This document shows, piece by piece, positions 10,140-20,262 of a DNA stretch of 64,000 nt. The stretch spans positions 6,336,001-6,400,000 of the forward strand of contig JASGJH010000001.1 in assembly GCA_047601445.1 (NCBI GenBank), given 5' to 3'. Source of the stretch: Myxococcales bacterium. Its GTDB lineage: Bacteria > Myxococcota_A > Polyangia > Polyangiales > DASUME01. The notes below the pieces were generated by a model, which worked only from the letters and a program-made list of their open reading frames with translations, was not told the DNA's origin and searched no databases. Both the position numbers and the translations under genes were made by a program. Position 1 is the first letter of the stretch. Each line of letters starts with the position of its first letter.

Positions 10140-11216
10140 TTAAGGAATTCGCCAGCGCGTGCCGAGCGTGGCTTCGCCGTAGAAGCGTGAGGTTACGTAC
10201 AGGGGCTGACCGTCACCGAGTTGAAAACGAGCATTGTCAGGATGGTATTGGCCCGCCACGCCAAGCTCGAGGGTCCCTCCAGAGCGTCGCCAAAAGCGCC
10301 AGAGCAGCTCGGCTCGCGGGCCCCAAATCCAAGCAACATCCGAGCGTTGCGCCGAGAGCCCGACGCTGCCTCGGCCGTGCAGCGCGCTGCCTGTGAGCCC
10401 GAGCCTGAGGCCGAGGGCCGAAAGGGGGTCGTAGGCGAGCGACAGGTTCCCGCCGAGCGCTCCGACGCGGACTCCCTGACCCTGCTCGTCTCGATGCTCG
10501 CGCGGGATCAGGTAGCGGCCCCCCAGGGCCAAGCCCCAGGCTCCTCGCCCGAGTCCCGCTTCGAAACCGACGCTCGCGGTCACGCCGGGCACGCAACCTG
10601 CGGCTGCTCCGAGGCGGGCGGCCAGCGAGCCATGCCAAGGCCTCGGAGGGCTGGGCGCCGGTCTGCTCGGCGGAGCAACCGGCTCGGGCGGCACGCCCAT
10701 CTGGGTCATGGCTGCGTGCGAAGCGGGTGGCTGCTGCGAAGCCAGCGCCGCGGTCGGCGGAGCCTCTGCCGTCGCTTCGAGCGACTCGCCGCGCGCCTCG
10801 GCCATGGCCAGGGCGGTCATCAGCACGGCGGCCCGAAACAGCACGCGGCAGTCGGGATCGAGGAGCACGCGTGGGCCACTCGCAGCGCTAACCGTGAGCC
10901 GAAAGCCGCCTTCGGGGAGCGGGCGTAGGTCCACTGCGGGGCGATTCAGCGGCGCGTCGACGTGACCCACCAGCAGCGAGGCTTCGCGCGTGAGTTCCCG
11001 TGTGCTGCCGCAGGTCTCGGGCACGGAGAAGCTGTCCAGCACCGCGCTCTCGCTCGCGTTCACAGCCTGGGCGCGCGCGCCTGTGCCGGGAGCCAACCAC
11101 AGCAGCGCTCCCACCAACCACCATGGCAGCCAGCATTCGAGCAGCGCTGCGGCACAACCTGGCACGTGCGAGGACATGGGGGGACCCGCGTTGCAGCTCG
11201 CGTACCAGACCGTCAC
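10140..11216 (-). CDS. exported protein: two-Cys N-terminal domain, Pro-rich linker, putative C-terminal outer-membrane beta-barrel
   Basis: signal-like segment ending ARA-Q; paralogous to 60842-62024; alternating hydrophobic strands; start uncertain (ATG 11177 possible). Confidence 0.6.
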   Translation of the reverse strand: MTVWYASCNAGPPMSSHVPGCAAALLECWLPWWLVGALLWLAPGTGARAQAVNASESAVLDSFSVPETCGSTRELTREASLLVGHVDAPLNRPAVDLRPLPEGGFRLTVSAASGPRVLLDPDCRVLFRAAVLMTALAMAEARGESLEATAEAPPTAALASQQPPASHAAMTQMGVPPEPVAPPSRPAPSPPRPWHGSLAARLGAAAGCVPGVTASVGFEAGLGRGAWGLALGGRYLIPREHRDEQGQGVRVGALGGNLSLAYDPLSALGLRLGLTGSALHGRGSVGLSAQRSDVAWIWGPRAELLWRFWRRSGGTLELGVAGQYHPDNARFQLGDGQPLYVTSRFYGEATLGTRWRIP

Positions 11217-11239
11217 CCGTCGGGAGCGGATGGGAGCGT

Positions 11240-12763
11240 TTACTTGGGCGGTGCGAGCGGGTTGAGCATGCGCGTCACCGTGTTGCGTCCGATGCCCAGC
11301 GCCACGGCGGCCCGCGAGCGATTGTGATCCAAGGCCCGTACCGTGTGTTCCACGTAGCGTCGCGTGGCCTCCGCCAAGCTCAGCCCCAGCGGCAGCCTCA
11401 CGAGCGCCTGGCCCTCGCTCGGGGATGGCTCACAGGCTGCGGACTCCACCTGCCGCTCCAGCGCGATCTCTTCGACGAGGCCTTCGTTCGCGAGCACCAC
11501 CTGGCTCTCGATGAAGTGCTCGAGCTCCCGCACGTTGCCGGGCCATGCGTGCGTGCGCAGCGCGTGCAAAGCGCGCTCCGTGAACACCGGCTTGGGCAAG
11601 CGATAGCGCTGGCTAAAGGTCTCGGCGAAGTGCGTGATGAGCTGCTCGATCTCCTCACCGCCGCGCGCGCGCAGGGGCGGCACGGCGATCTCCACCACCC
11701 GCACGCGGTAGTACAGGTCTTCCCGGAAGCGTCCCGCTTGCACCTCGCGCTCGAGGCGCTTGTGCGTCGCGGTCACGATGCGCACGTCGGCATGCTGGGT
11801 CTCGCGGCCACCCACGCGCTCGAAGCGTCGCTCCTGTAGCAGGCGCAGCAGCTTGGCCTGGGCTTCCAAGCTCAGTTCGGCGATCTCGTCGAGGAACAGG
11901 GTGCCATGCTGAGCCAGCTCGACCTTGCCGCGCACACGTCGGTCCGCGCCGGTGAACGCGCCGCGCTCGTGGCCGAATAACTCGCTCTCCACAAGCTGCG
12001 TGGGCAGTGTGGTGCAGTCCAGCGTCACGAAGGGGCCGCCCTGGCGCGTCGAGTTCTCGTGCAGCGTGCGCGCGAGCAGCGTCTTGCCGGTCCCGGTCTC
12101 GCCCAGAAGCAGCACGCTGGCATCGGTGCCCGCCACCCGTGACAGTCGTTCGTACACGCTCCGCATCACGCTGCTGCGGCCGATCACGTGGTTGAACTGC
12201 CCGCGTCGCAGGACCCCGTCCGCGCCCGGCGCGCGTCGCAGCGTGGTCAGCGAAAGGCCCTGAGCGAACTGCGCGGCCAGGGCCACCAGGTAGCGTTCGT
12301 CGTCGGCGTCGAACGGGCCCGCGCGTCGATTGAGCACCTGGATCGCGCCCAGCACACCGCCGTCGCTCGGGTCCAACACCGGCACGGACAGCACCGAGCG
12401 TGTGTTGAAGCCGGTGGCGCGATCGGCGCTCGGATCGAAGCGCGGATCACGGCGCGCGTCGTCGAGCCGCAGCGGCGTCGCGCTGCGCACGACGTGGCCC
12501 GATAGTCCACGATCGAGCGGCTGCCTGAGCTCGGGGACCTCGGGCAGCAGCGCCACCTTGGTGAACAACTCCTGATGCTCGGCATCGACCAACCACAACG
12601 TGGCCCGCTCTGCGTCGAGCGCGCGCGCCAGTCGCTCGCAGACGGCTTCGAGGAGCGCGTCGAGATCGACGTGGCGCGAGAGCATGGTGGCCAGGTCGAC
12701 CAGCAGCGACAGGCGGTGCATGGGCTCGGGGGCTGGCTCGTGCGCTGAATCTCGGTGGGTCAC
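11240..12763 (-). CDS. GAF-domain sigma54-dependent activator (GAF-AAA+-HTH)
   Basis: GAF with DPRFD..D..TGF.TRSVL.VP and [64 protein letters not shown]. Confidence 0.93.
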   Translation of the reverse strand: MTHRDSAHEPAPEPMHRLSLLVDLATMLSRHVDLDALLEAVCERLARALDAERATLWLVDAEHQELFTKVALLPEVPELRQPLDRGLSGHVVRSATPLRLDDARRDPRFDPSADRATGFNTRSVLSVPVLDPSDGGVLGAIQVLNRRAGPFDADDERYLVALAAQFAQGLSLTTLRRAPGADGVLRRGQFNHVIGRSSVMRSVYERLSRVAGTDASVLLLGETGTGKTLLARTLHENSTRQGGPFVTLDCTTLPTQLVESELFGHERGAFTGADRRVRGKVELAQHGTLFLDEIAELSLEAQAKLLRLLQERRFERVGGRETQHADVRIVTATHKRLEREVQAGRFREDLYYRVRVVEIAVPPLRARGGEEIEQLITHFAETFSQRYRLPKPVFTERALHALRTHAWPGNVRELEHFIESQVVLANEGLVEEIALERQVESAACEPSPSEGQALVRLPLGLSLAEATRRYVEHTVRALDHNRSRAAVALGIGRNTVTRMLNPLAPPK

Positions 12764-13644
12764 GCGACGCGTCTCTCCGGATCTCGACCGAGCGAGAGTG
12801 CCAGTCCTTCACGTGCGGCGAGCGTGCCCGGAAAGACCTCGCGCGCAGCGCTCTCGAGCGCGTCCACTTGAGCGTCGTCGCGCACCGGATCGTGGTGAAA
12901 CAGCACATAGCGCCCGACGCGCGCCGCGTGTGCCACCTGCGCGCCTGCTTGCCACGTGGAATGCCCCCAGCCCACGCGTGGAGGACGCCCTGGGGTGCCG
13001 CGATATTCCGCCTCCGTGTACATGGCGTCGTAGATCAGCGCGTCCGCACCTTCCGCCAAAGAGAGTAAGGTCTCATCCATTTCAGCGCCGTGCTCGGTAT
13101 CCGTGGCGTACACCACACTTTGGTTCGCCTGATCGATGCGATACGCGAGTACGCCGCCCGGATGGTTCAGCGCGCGACAGGTCACCTCCGCTTCGCCCAC
13201 CTGGAAGCGCTCACCGCCGCGCAGTGCTTGCAAGTGGATCTGCGCTGGCAGTGCATGCCATGGCACAGGGAAGCCCGGCGCCCCCATCTGCGTCATCAAC
13301 GCGTTTTCCAACTCCGAGTCGGATGCGCCCGGCCCGTAGATGGTCAGCCGCGTGTTGGCGCGATAGAGCGGCGCGAAGAAGGGCAGCCCCTGGATATGAT
13401 CCCAGTGCAGGTGTGACAGACACAGGGTGATCTCCAGCGGCGACTCGGGCGCCGACGTGCTCGCCAGCGCAGCCCCTGCGCTGCGGATTCCCGTTCCCGC
13501 GTCCAGCATCAAGCGTTGGCGCTGGCCCTCCTTGAAGTGATCCAACCAGTTGATCTCGACGCAGCTGGTGTTGCCGCCCGTGCGCAGCGTGCTCGGGCCC
13601 GGCGCCGCGATGCTCCCTCGAACTCCCCAGAATCGAACTTCCAT
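12760..13644 (-). CDS. metallo-beta-lactamase-fold hydrolase (RNase Z / phosphodiesterase-like)
   Basis: FWGVRGS...GGNTSCVE, DAGTG, SHLHWDHIQG (HxHxDH), NHPGG, YATDTE, GWGHST, FHHDP; GGAGGGA RBS; 4-bp overlap with the activator gene. Confidence 0.9.
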   Translation of the reverse strand: MEVRFWGVRGSIAAPGPSTLRTGGNTSCVEINWLDHFKEGQRQRLMLDAGTGIRSAGAALASTSAPESPLEITLCLSHLHWDHIQGLPFFAPLYRANTRLTIYGPGASDSELENALMTQMGAPGFPVPWHALPAQIHLQALRGGERFQVGEAEVTCRALNHPGGVLAYRIDQANQSVVYATDTEHGAEMDETLLSLAEGADALIYDAMYTEAEYRGTPGRPPRVGWGHSTWQAGAQVAHAARVGRYVLFHHDPVRDDAQVDALESAAREVFPGTLAAREGLALSLGRDPERRVA

Positions 13645-13671
13645 GATTCGCTCCCTCCGCTGGTGAGTGGT

Positions 13672-13688
13672 TGCGACCGCCGTGCCAG
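13672..13688 (-). promoter_or_regulatory. sigma54 (-24/-12) promoter for the MBL/GAF-activator operon
   Basis: minus strand CTGGCACGGCGGTCGCA versus consensus YTGGCACG-N4-TTGCW, about 28 bp upstream of ATG 13644. Confidence 0.85.
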
Positions 13689-13739
13689 CCCAAAAAGCTC
13701 AAGAGAAACGTGCGCGCAGGCTCCACCACCGGCGCTCGC

Positions 13740-13787
13740 TGCATGTCCTCGGTGCAGTCCGCGAGGAGGCTGCACCAGCTTGGTGCA
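13740..13787. promoter_or_regulatory. two NtrC-type enhancer palindromes
   Basis: TGCACCAGCTTGGTGCA (13771-13787) and TGCATGTCCTCGGTGCA (13740-13756); centres 31 bp apart; NtrC consensus TGCACC-N5-GGTGCA. Confidence 0.75.
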
Positions 13788-13810
13788 GCGCCCCATGTTA
13801 GACCGGCCGC

Positions 13811-14844
13811 GTGCGACCACCTGGCTGGCTGCGGGCTGTGATCGGGCTGCTTTCGCTCCTGAGCGTTGCTTGGGCGGTGGCCGCGCCGACCCGGGTCTCG
13901 GCTCATCCGCTCTCCCCGGCGGCCGTGGTACTGCGGGAGCGAGAGACTCCTTTCAGCTACGAGGTTCGCTTCCGGAGACCCGAGCTGAGTGTCGAGCAAC
14001 TCACGCTGACGCTGCCGGACCACTGTCGGCGCGACGCGCCCGTGACGCAGCGCAGCGGAGACCAGCTGGAGGACCGCTTCGAGCTAGTGTGTCCGCGGAG
14101 CCTCGCGGGAGAGAGCGTGCGCGTACTGGGGTTGGCCGAAGCGTCTCTGAGCGCGCTGGTCTACGTGGAGTTCCGAAATGAACAGCGGGCGCGCGGCCTA
14201 CTGACCGCTACGCACCCAAGCTTTTTGCTGCCACGTGAAACTCGTCCGCTGGAGGTGTTCGCAGACTACCTGAGGCTGGGCATCGAGCACCTGCTGACAG
14301 GCTGGGATCACCTGCTGTTCATCGTGGGGCTGATGTTCTTGGCCCGCGGATTCCGTGCCCTGGTGTGGACGCTCAGTGCCTTCACGTTCGGACACAGTGT
14401 AACGCTTTGCCTTGCTGCGCTGTCCGTGGTCTCGGTTCCACAGCCTCCGGTGGAGCTCGGAATCGCCATCAGTTTGGTGGTGATGGCCCTGGCGCTGCTG
14501 AATGCCACCCCTTACGGGGGCCCGACTGGCGTGGCTGATTCCGGGCAGCGCAGTGCGCGGAGCCTATTGGGCGTGGCGTTCTCGCTGGGTCTGCTGCACG
14601 GGCTGGGCTTCGCTGGAGCGCTCGCAGAAACCGGCCTACCGCAGCATCAGATAGCTGTGTCTCTGCTGGGATTAATCTGGGCGTCGAGTGCGGCCAGTTG
14701 GCCGTGGTGGTGCCGCTCACCCTGCTGCGGAGGGCGGTGCCTGCGTGGTTGCGCGGGCCGGTGTGGCGGCGCGGCACGGCTTACGTCGTCGGCGGGCTCG
14801 CGGCGTGTTGGTGCATCGAGCGCGCGCTCGCCTGGATGGGCTGA
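13811..14844 (+). CDS. HupE/UreJ-family membrane protein, apparent -1 frameshift at ~14673
   Basis: LGIEHLLTGWDHLLF, AFTFGHSVTL, GLLHGLGFAGAL; adding one base restores GFNLGVE.GQL and reads to TGA 14842-14844. Confidence 0.85.
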
Positions 14845-14989
14845 GCGCGCTGGCTTCCCGTAAGCAACGGGCCTTCCGCTCATCGAAAAGGCGCGCTCGG
14901 TCACCCGCGCTGGAATGTTTTGCGCCTGGTGTCACGCATTTCGCAGCTCAGGGCTTGGCAACGTGGCGAGCCCGGAGTAGCACCAGCGC

Positions 14990-17900
14990 ATGTCCGGGGT
15001 GGTGGAGGAAGCCTTCAAAGGCTCGCGCCGGTTCGATGTGCTCGCCCGCCTCGGCACCGGCGGCGGCGGCGTCGTGTACCGTGCGCGCGATCACCAAACC
15101 CATCGCGTCGTCGCCCTCAAGCTCATGCGCGAGCGTGAAGACCTCGCGCGCTTTCGGCAGCACTTCGAGTCGCTGAAGCGTCTGGCCCATCCGAACCTCG
15201 TCGAGCTGTACGACCTGGTCGAGGAGCGTGGGCGCGTGTTGATGGTAATGGAGCTCGTCGACGGCAGCGAGCTGCTGGCCCACGTGCGCTCTGCCACCGG
15301 CTTCGACGAGGAGCGTCTGCGCTCGAGCTTCCGTCAGCTGGCGCAAGCCCTGCACCGACTCCACGTGGACCGCAGGCTGCACCGCGACGTGAAGCCCTCC
15401 AACATCCGCGTCACGGAGGAGGGGCGGGCGGTTCTTCTGGACCTCGACTTTGCCCTGCCCGATGACGACGAGAGTCTCGGCTTGGCCGACGACGACACCA
15501 TGCTGCGTCCCGCCGGCACCGCGCTCTACATGTCACCCGAGCAAGCGGCCTGCGGCATGATGAGCGCGGCCAGCGATTGGTATGCGCTCGGGGTCGTGCT
15601 CTACGAGGCCCTCACGGGCAGCCTGCCCTGTCGTGGCACTGACTTCGAGGTGCTGCTCGCCAAGCAAGACGGCCGCGCGCGCCCGCCGCGTGAGCTCAAC
15701 GCCGCCGTGCCTGTCGATCTGAACGACCTGTGTTTGGAGCTCTTGTCGCCCGCGCCCCACGACCGACCCTCCGGCCCGGCCATCCTGCGGCGCCTCGGGG
15801 TCAACGACGTCGCGAGCAGCCTGGCGTTCGGTTCCCTGTCGCGCACGGGCAAGCCCATCGTGGGACGCAGCGCGGAGCTCGCGCGTCTGCGAGCGGCCTT
15901 CGAGCAGTCGCGGCGTGCGCCCGTGGTGGTGCGTGTGAGCGGCCAGGCCGGCATCGGGAAATCCGCCTTGTGTTTCGAGTTCCTGCGCCTGCTCGCCCAG
16001 CAGGAGCCGGAGCTGCTCACCCTGCGCAGCCGTTGTCCGCGCTATCCAGATCGGCCCCATGCCATCTTCGCGGAGCCCCTGCTCCAGGTCGCCGATGCGC
16101 TGCGCGCGTTGCGGGGCCGTGCCGAGCCCATCCTCAACACCGATGCTTATCCGGTGCTCGCCAAGGCATTCCCGGAGGCCGTGCGCGGGTTCGACCCGGA
16201 TCGTAGTGGGCGCATCAGGAACCTGCCCCCGGATCCGCATGAGCAGCGCTTTCGTTTCCTCGAGGCCTATCGCGAGCTCGTGCGCGAGGCGGCCGACCTG
16301 CGGCCGCTCGTGTGGTGGTTCGACGACTATCACTGGGCCGATGCCGACAGCCGACGCCTGCTGAGCTCCTTGCTGAGCGGTGAGAACGCCCCGCCGATGC
16401 TGGTGGTGCTCAGCGAAGAGCCCAGCAGCGAGGGGACCCACGCCGCGGAGCCCGCCGCCCGCGAGCACATCGTGCTCGGCGAGCTCACGCGGGCCGAGGT
16501 CACCACCTGGCTCGATGGGGCGCTCGAGGGCAGCGCCTTCAAGCCTCGCCACATCGGTCATCAGCTCGACGAGGCCCCAGGCAATCCGCTCTCTCTCCAG
16601 GAGCGTCTGCGCCATCTGGCGCTGTTCGGTGCTCTGCCCGACGCGCGCATGCCGCTCGGCCAGCTGATCTCGCAGCGCCTGAGCGCACTCACCGAGACCG
16701 CGCGGGATCTGCTCGAGATCGTCTCGGCCGTGCACGATCCGATCTCGCTCGAGCTGTGTTTGCGTGCATCGGAGCTGTCGCGCTCGGAGTTCGTCCGCGA
16801 GTGTACGTTCCTCGAGAGCGTGGGGCTCGTGCGGCGCTTCAACAAGGCGGGCCAGGAATTCTTGGTCTCGGTCCACCCGCAGTTTGCCGACTGCGTCGAC
16901 ATGGAGCTGCACGGGGCGCGCCGCGTGGAGGTGCACCGGCGCTTGGCCTCTGCACTGCTGGCGCGCGATCCGAGCCGCTCGCCGGGCCGCTTGCTGCGGC
17001 ACCAGGGCGAGAGCGGATATCACACGTTGGCCGCTCAGAACGCCTGGTTGGCGGCGGAGCAGGCGCACGAAGCGTTGGCCTTCCAGCGCGCCGCCGAGCT
17101 GTTCACGCTGGGCGCCTCGCTCGACCCCGCCGGCCGCGACGAGGCTGGCCATCGTCGCCTACGCCGCATGGCGGAGGCGCTCGGACACGCGGGCTGGGCG
17201 CTGCAGGCTGCCACCATCTATCGGGAAGCGGCGCTGGGGGCCAACACGGCCGATGCGTTGCACATGCGGCAGCGGGCGGCCGAGCACCTCTTGCGCGGTG
17301 CCGAGCTGACCGAGGGCCTCTCGGCCGTGAGCGAGCTGCTGGCCTCCATCGACGTGTCGCTACCGGCCACCCACGAACGTGCGCTCTGGTCGATGGCCAC
17401 GCGGCGCGCGTATCTGCGCCTGCGTGGCCTGCGCTTCCGCAGCGTGTCCGAGGGGCAGGTCTCGGCGGGTGAGCTGCGGCGGGTCGACGTACTGTGGATC
17501 AGCGGTGTGCAGCTGTCCCTGGTCGACGTGGTGCGCGGTGGTGATTTCCTCACGCGCGGGTTGTCGGCGGCGCTGAAGACGGGCGAGCCGCAACGCGTGG
17601 CGCGCGCGCTGTGCACCGAGGCCTGGATGCGCGGCCTCGATCACGACGGCAGCGAGCGCTCCTTGGAGTTGCTCGAGACGGCGCGCCAGCTCTGCGATGA
17701 GCATCCTTCGCCGTTCCTCGAAGGCCACCTGCGCCTGGCGCGCGGCATCGTGGCTTTCGGACGCTTTCGCTTGCCCGAGTGCAGCAGTCACTGTCGAGAT
17801 GCCGAACAGATCTTTCGCGAGCGCTGCACCGACGTGGTCTGGGAGATCACCGCGGCTCAGGTGTTCCAGCTGGTGTCGCTGGCGAACACGGCTCGCTACG

Positions 17901-18610
17901 ACGAGCAAGAGCGCAAGCTCGAGCGCGCCCTGCGCGACGCGCGCGAGCGTGGAGACGTGTGGGGCGTCAGCTATTTCCGCAGCATCGGCGCGATGGGCAC
18001 CATGCTCGCGCAGGACCGACCCGAGGAGGCCCTGGCCGAGGTCCACGAGGGGAGCCGACACTGGGCTTCGGCGGACGAGTTCCATTTTCAGCACTGGGTC
18101 GCGTTGCTGGCGGCGGTTTACATCGATCTGTACATGGGGCGCACCAGCGCCATCGAGCGCATCGAGCAACACTGGCCCACGCTCAAGCGCATCCTCATGC
18201 TGCGCTTGCCCTTCGCGCGGATGGCCCTGCACGAGCTGCGCGGGCGTGCCAACGTGCTGGCGGCGCGTCTACTCGACCAGCCGCGTCGGCTCACGGCGGC
18301 CGAAGAGGACGCGCGCACGTTGCTGCGCACGGACGACGAGATCTCACGGGGTTTCGGATACCTCACGCAAGCCAATGTCGCGCAGCTGCGGGGCTACACG
18401 GCCCAGGCCGTCGCCTCCTTGCGGGCAGGCATCGGGCTGCTCGAGAGTCAGGGCCTCGATATGTGGGTCTTCGCGGCGCGCCTGGCGCTCGGCAGCGTTT
18501 GGAACAGTGAAGAAGGCCGCTCGATCGCGCGTGACACCGAGCGCACGCTACGCCAGCGGGGCGTGAAGAACATCGCGCGTTGGCGCGCGATGTTGATGCC
18601 GGGGTTCTGA
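14990..18610 (+). CDS. Ser/Thr protein kinase with P-loop ATPase and TPR-like helical repeats
   Basis: LGTGGGGVVY, VALK, HRDVKPSN, GTALYMSPEQ, SDWYALG; second P-loop GQAGIGKS and WFDDYHWAD; DFG replaced by DLD. Confidence 0.92.
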   Translation: MSGVVEEAFKGSRRFDVLARLGTGGGGVVYRARDHQTHRVVALKLMREREDLARFRQHFESLKRLAHPNLVELYDLVEERGRVLMVMELVDGSELLAHVRSATGFDEERLRSSFRQLAQALHRLHVDRRLHRDVKPSNIRVTEEGRAVLLDLDFALPDDDESLGLADDDTMLRPAGTALYMSPEQAACGMMSAASDWYALGVVLYEALTGSLPCRGTDFEVLLAKQDGRARPPRELNAAVPVDLNDLCLELLSPAPHDRPSGPAILRRLGVNDVASSLAFGSLSRTGKPIVGRSAELARLRAAFEQSRRAPVVVRVSGQAGIGKSALCFEFLRLLAQQEPELLTLRSRCPRYPDRPHAIFAEPLLQVADALRALRGRAEPILNTDAYPVLAKAFPEAVRGFDPDRSGRIRNLPPDPHEQRFRFLEAYRELVREAADLRPLVWWFDDYHWADADSRRLLSSLLSGENAPPMLVVLSEEPSSEGTHAAEPAAREHIVLGELTRAEVTTWLDGALEGSAFKPRHIGHQLDEAPGNPLSLQERLRHLALFGALPDARMPLGQLISQRLSALTETARDLLEIVSAVHDPISLELCLRASELSRSEFVRECTFLESVGLVRRFNKAGQEFLVSVHPQFADCVDMELHGARRVEVHRRLASALLARDPSRSPGRLLRHQGESGYHTLAAQNAWLAAEQAHEALAFQRAAELFTLGASLDPAGRDEAGHRRLRRMAEALGHAGWALQAATIYREAALGANTADALHMRQRAAEHLLRGAELTEGLSAVSELLASIDVSLPATHERALWSMATRRAYLRLRGLRFRSVSEGQVSAGELRRVDVLWISGVQLSLVDVVRGGDFLTRGLSAALKTGEPQRVARALCTEAWMRGLDHDGSERSLELLETARQLCDEHPSPFLEGHLRLARGIVAFGRFRLPECSSHCRDAEQIFRERCTDVVWEITAAQVFQLVSLANTARYDEQERKLERALRDARERGDVWGVSYFRSIGAMGTMLAQDRPEEALAEVHEGSRHWASADEFHFQHWVALLAAVYIDLYMGRTSAIERIEQHWPTLKRILMLRLPFARMALHELRGRANVLAARLLDQPRRLTAAEEDARTLLRTDDEISRGFGYLTQANVAQLRGYTAQAVASLRAGIGLLESQGLDMWVFAARLALGSVWNSEEGRSIARDTERTLRQRGVKNIARWRAMLMPGF

Positions 18611-18654
18611 GTTCCAACGCACGGGCGCGGCCACGTCCCCGGGCACGGGCACGT

Positions 18655-19747
18655 TTACGGGGAGGTTTTGGCCGACTTGGGAACGGTGGTGCCCGCCCCC
18701 AAGATCTTGTGCGTAAGCTTCGCGACACCGAGCGTGCCGAGCTCGGAGGGATGCACCGCCCGCAGGTTTGCCGTGCCACGTCCGCGTGCTTCGCTGAGTG
18801 CGTAGACCTCGATGTTGAGCCGGCGGTGCGTCAGCACGTGCTCCACCTGGCCGAGCTTGCGCGTACCGAGTGTGCCTTCGAGCGAGAAGCTCTGTGCGAG
18901 CGCCTGCGCGTCTTCTTTGCCGCGGCCTTCCTTGAGCGGGCAGCCCCAGAGGCCGCCGAACAGGCTGCCCTCGCTGCGGGTGAGCCACACGCGGCCTTCC
19001 GCACTGCGTGCCACGAGTCCCACCAAGCGCACGGGCTTGGGGGCCTTCTTGGGCGGCACCACCGGCAACTCGGACACGCGCTGCTCGCGTCGCGCCACGC
19101 ACTCGGCGGCCAGCGGACAACTCTCGCACAGGGCCTGCGTGGGCATGCAGACGCGGGCTCCTAGCTCCATCAGGGCCTGGTTCAGCGCACCCGGTCGCTC
19201 GCCGTGGGCGATGGCGGCCGCCTGCTCCCACAGGGCGCGCTCGGTGCGCTTGTCCCCGAGCGGCGTGTCGATGCCGAGCACCCGCGACAACACGCGCGCC
19301 ACGTTGCCGTCGACGATGGGCTCAGGCAGATCGAAGGCGATGCTACCGATGGCGCCCGCCGTGTAGCGACCGACGCCCGGTAACGCCAGACGCGCCGCGG
19401 CGTCTTCTGGAATGCGTCCACCGTGTTCCTGCGCCACGGCCTGGGCTCCCTGGTGCAACAGCCGCGCGCGGCGGTAGTAGCCGAGCCCACTCCACTGCGC
19501 GAGCACGTCGTCGAGGGGCGCATCCGAGAGCGTCTGCACGTCTGGGAAGCGGGCCAAGAAGCGCTGATAGTACGGGATGACGGTATCGACTCGCGTTTGC
19601 TGCAGCATGATCTCGCTGATCCGAGATCGCGTAGGGATCGCGCGTGCGGCGCCAGGGCAAGTCCCGCGCGTGCTGGTCGTACCAGGCGAGCAAACGGGCG
19701 CGCGCTTTGCGCCAGCGCGGAGTCGGCGCGCTCACGGGCCTGGCCAT
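18655..19747 (-). CDS. mutY: A/G-specific adenine glycosylase MutY, apparent +1 frameshift at ~19623
   Basis: RDLPWRRTRDPYAI(W)ISEIMLQQT, WSGLGYYRRAR, LPGVGRYTA, VDGNVARV, Fe-S Cys motif; removing G19623 restores AIWISE. Confidence 0.92.
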
Positions 19748-20262
19748 GACACCGTGACCTGCTGAGTCGCGCTGCAATCGCAGGCGCGCACGGCGAGCGC
19801 ATAGGTGCCGGCTTGGGCCGGATGCAGCTGCTCGCCACAGCGCTCACCATCCGCCAGCCCGAGCCAACTCGGAGCCAGCAGCTCGGCACCGGGCTCCAAG
19901 GTCACACAGCGCTCTGCCGCGCAGGTCCGCTGCAGCTGCAGGGCTGGGCTCTGCATCACCTTGCCCGTGCTCCCGTCCAGTAGCGCCACCTCGCTGGCCA
20001 GACGCACCGCGCGGTCGCCGCGCGCGATCACCGAGAGCCCGATTCCGGCCGCGCTCACCTGCGCTGTGAGGGCGAGCGTTAGCGGCGGACAAGCCGCGGC
20101 AGCGGCGCCCATGTCGGCGTTGCTCGCGGGGGGGCTCGGCTGGTTCGTGTTGGGGCTCGGGGTAGGGGAGGGACGAGCGTGCTCGGGCGCCTGTCCGCTG
20201 CATCCGGCGAGCACGAGCCCGCACAGGCCGCCGCGGAAAAATCGGAGCACACCGCGGCTCAT
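19732..20262 (-). CDS. hypothetical lipoprotein
   Basis: MSRGVLRFFRGGLCGLVLAG-C lipobox; ATGA overlap with the upstream gene. Confidence 0.7.
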   Translation of the reverse strand: MSRGVLRFFRGGLCGLVLAGCSGQAPEHARPSPTPSPNTNQPSPPASNADMGAAAAACPPLTLALTAQVSAAGIGLSVIARGDRAVRLASEVALLDGSTGKVMQSPALQLQRTCAAERCVTLEPGAELLAPSWLGLADGERCGEQLHPAQAGTYALAVRACDCSATQQVTVSWPGP

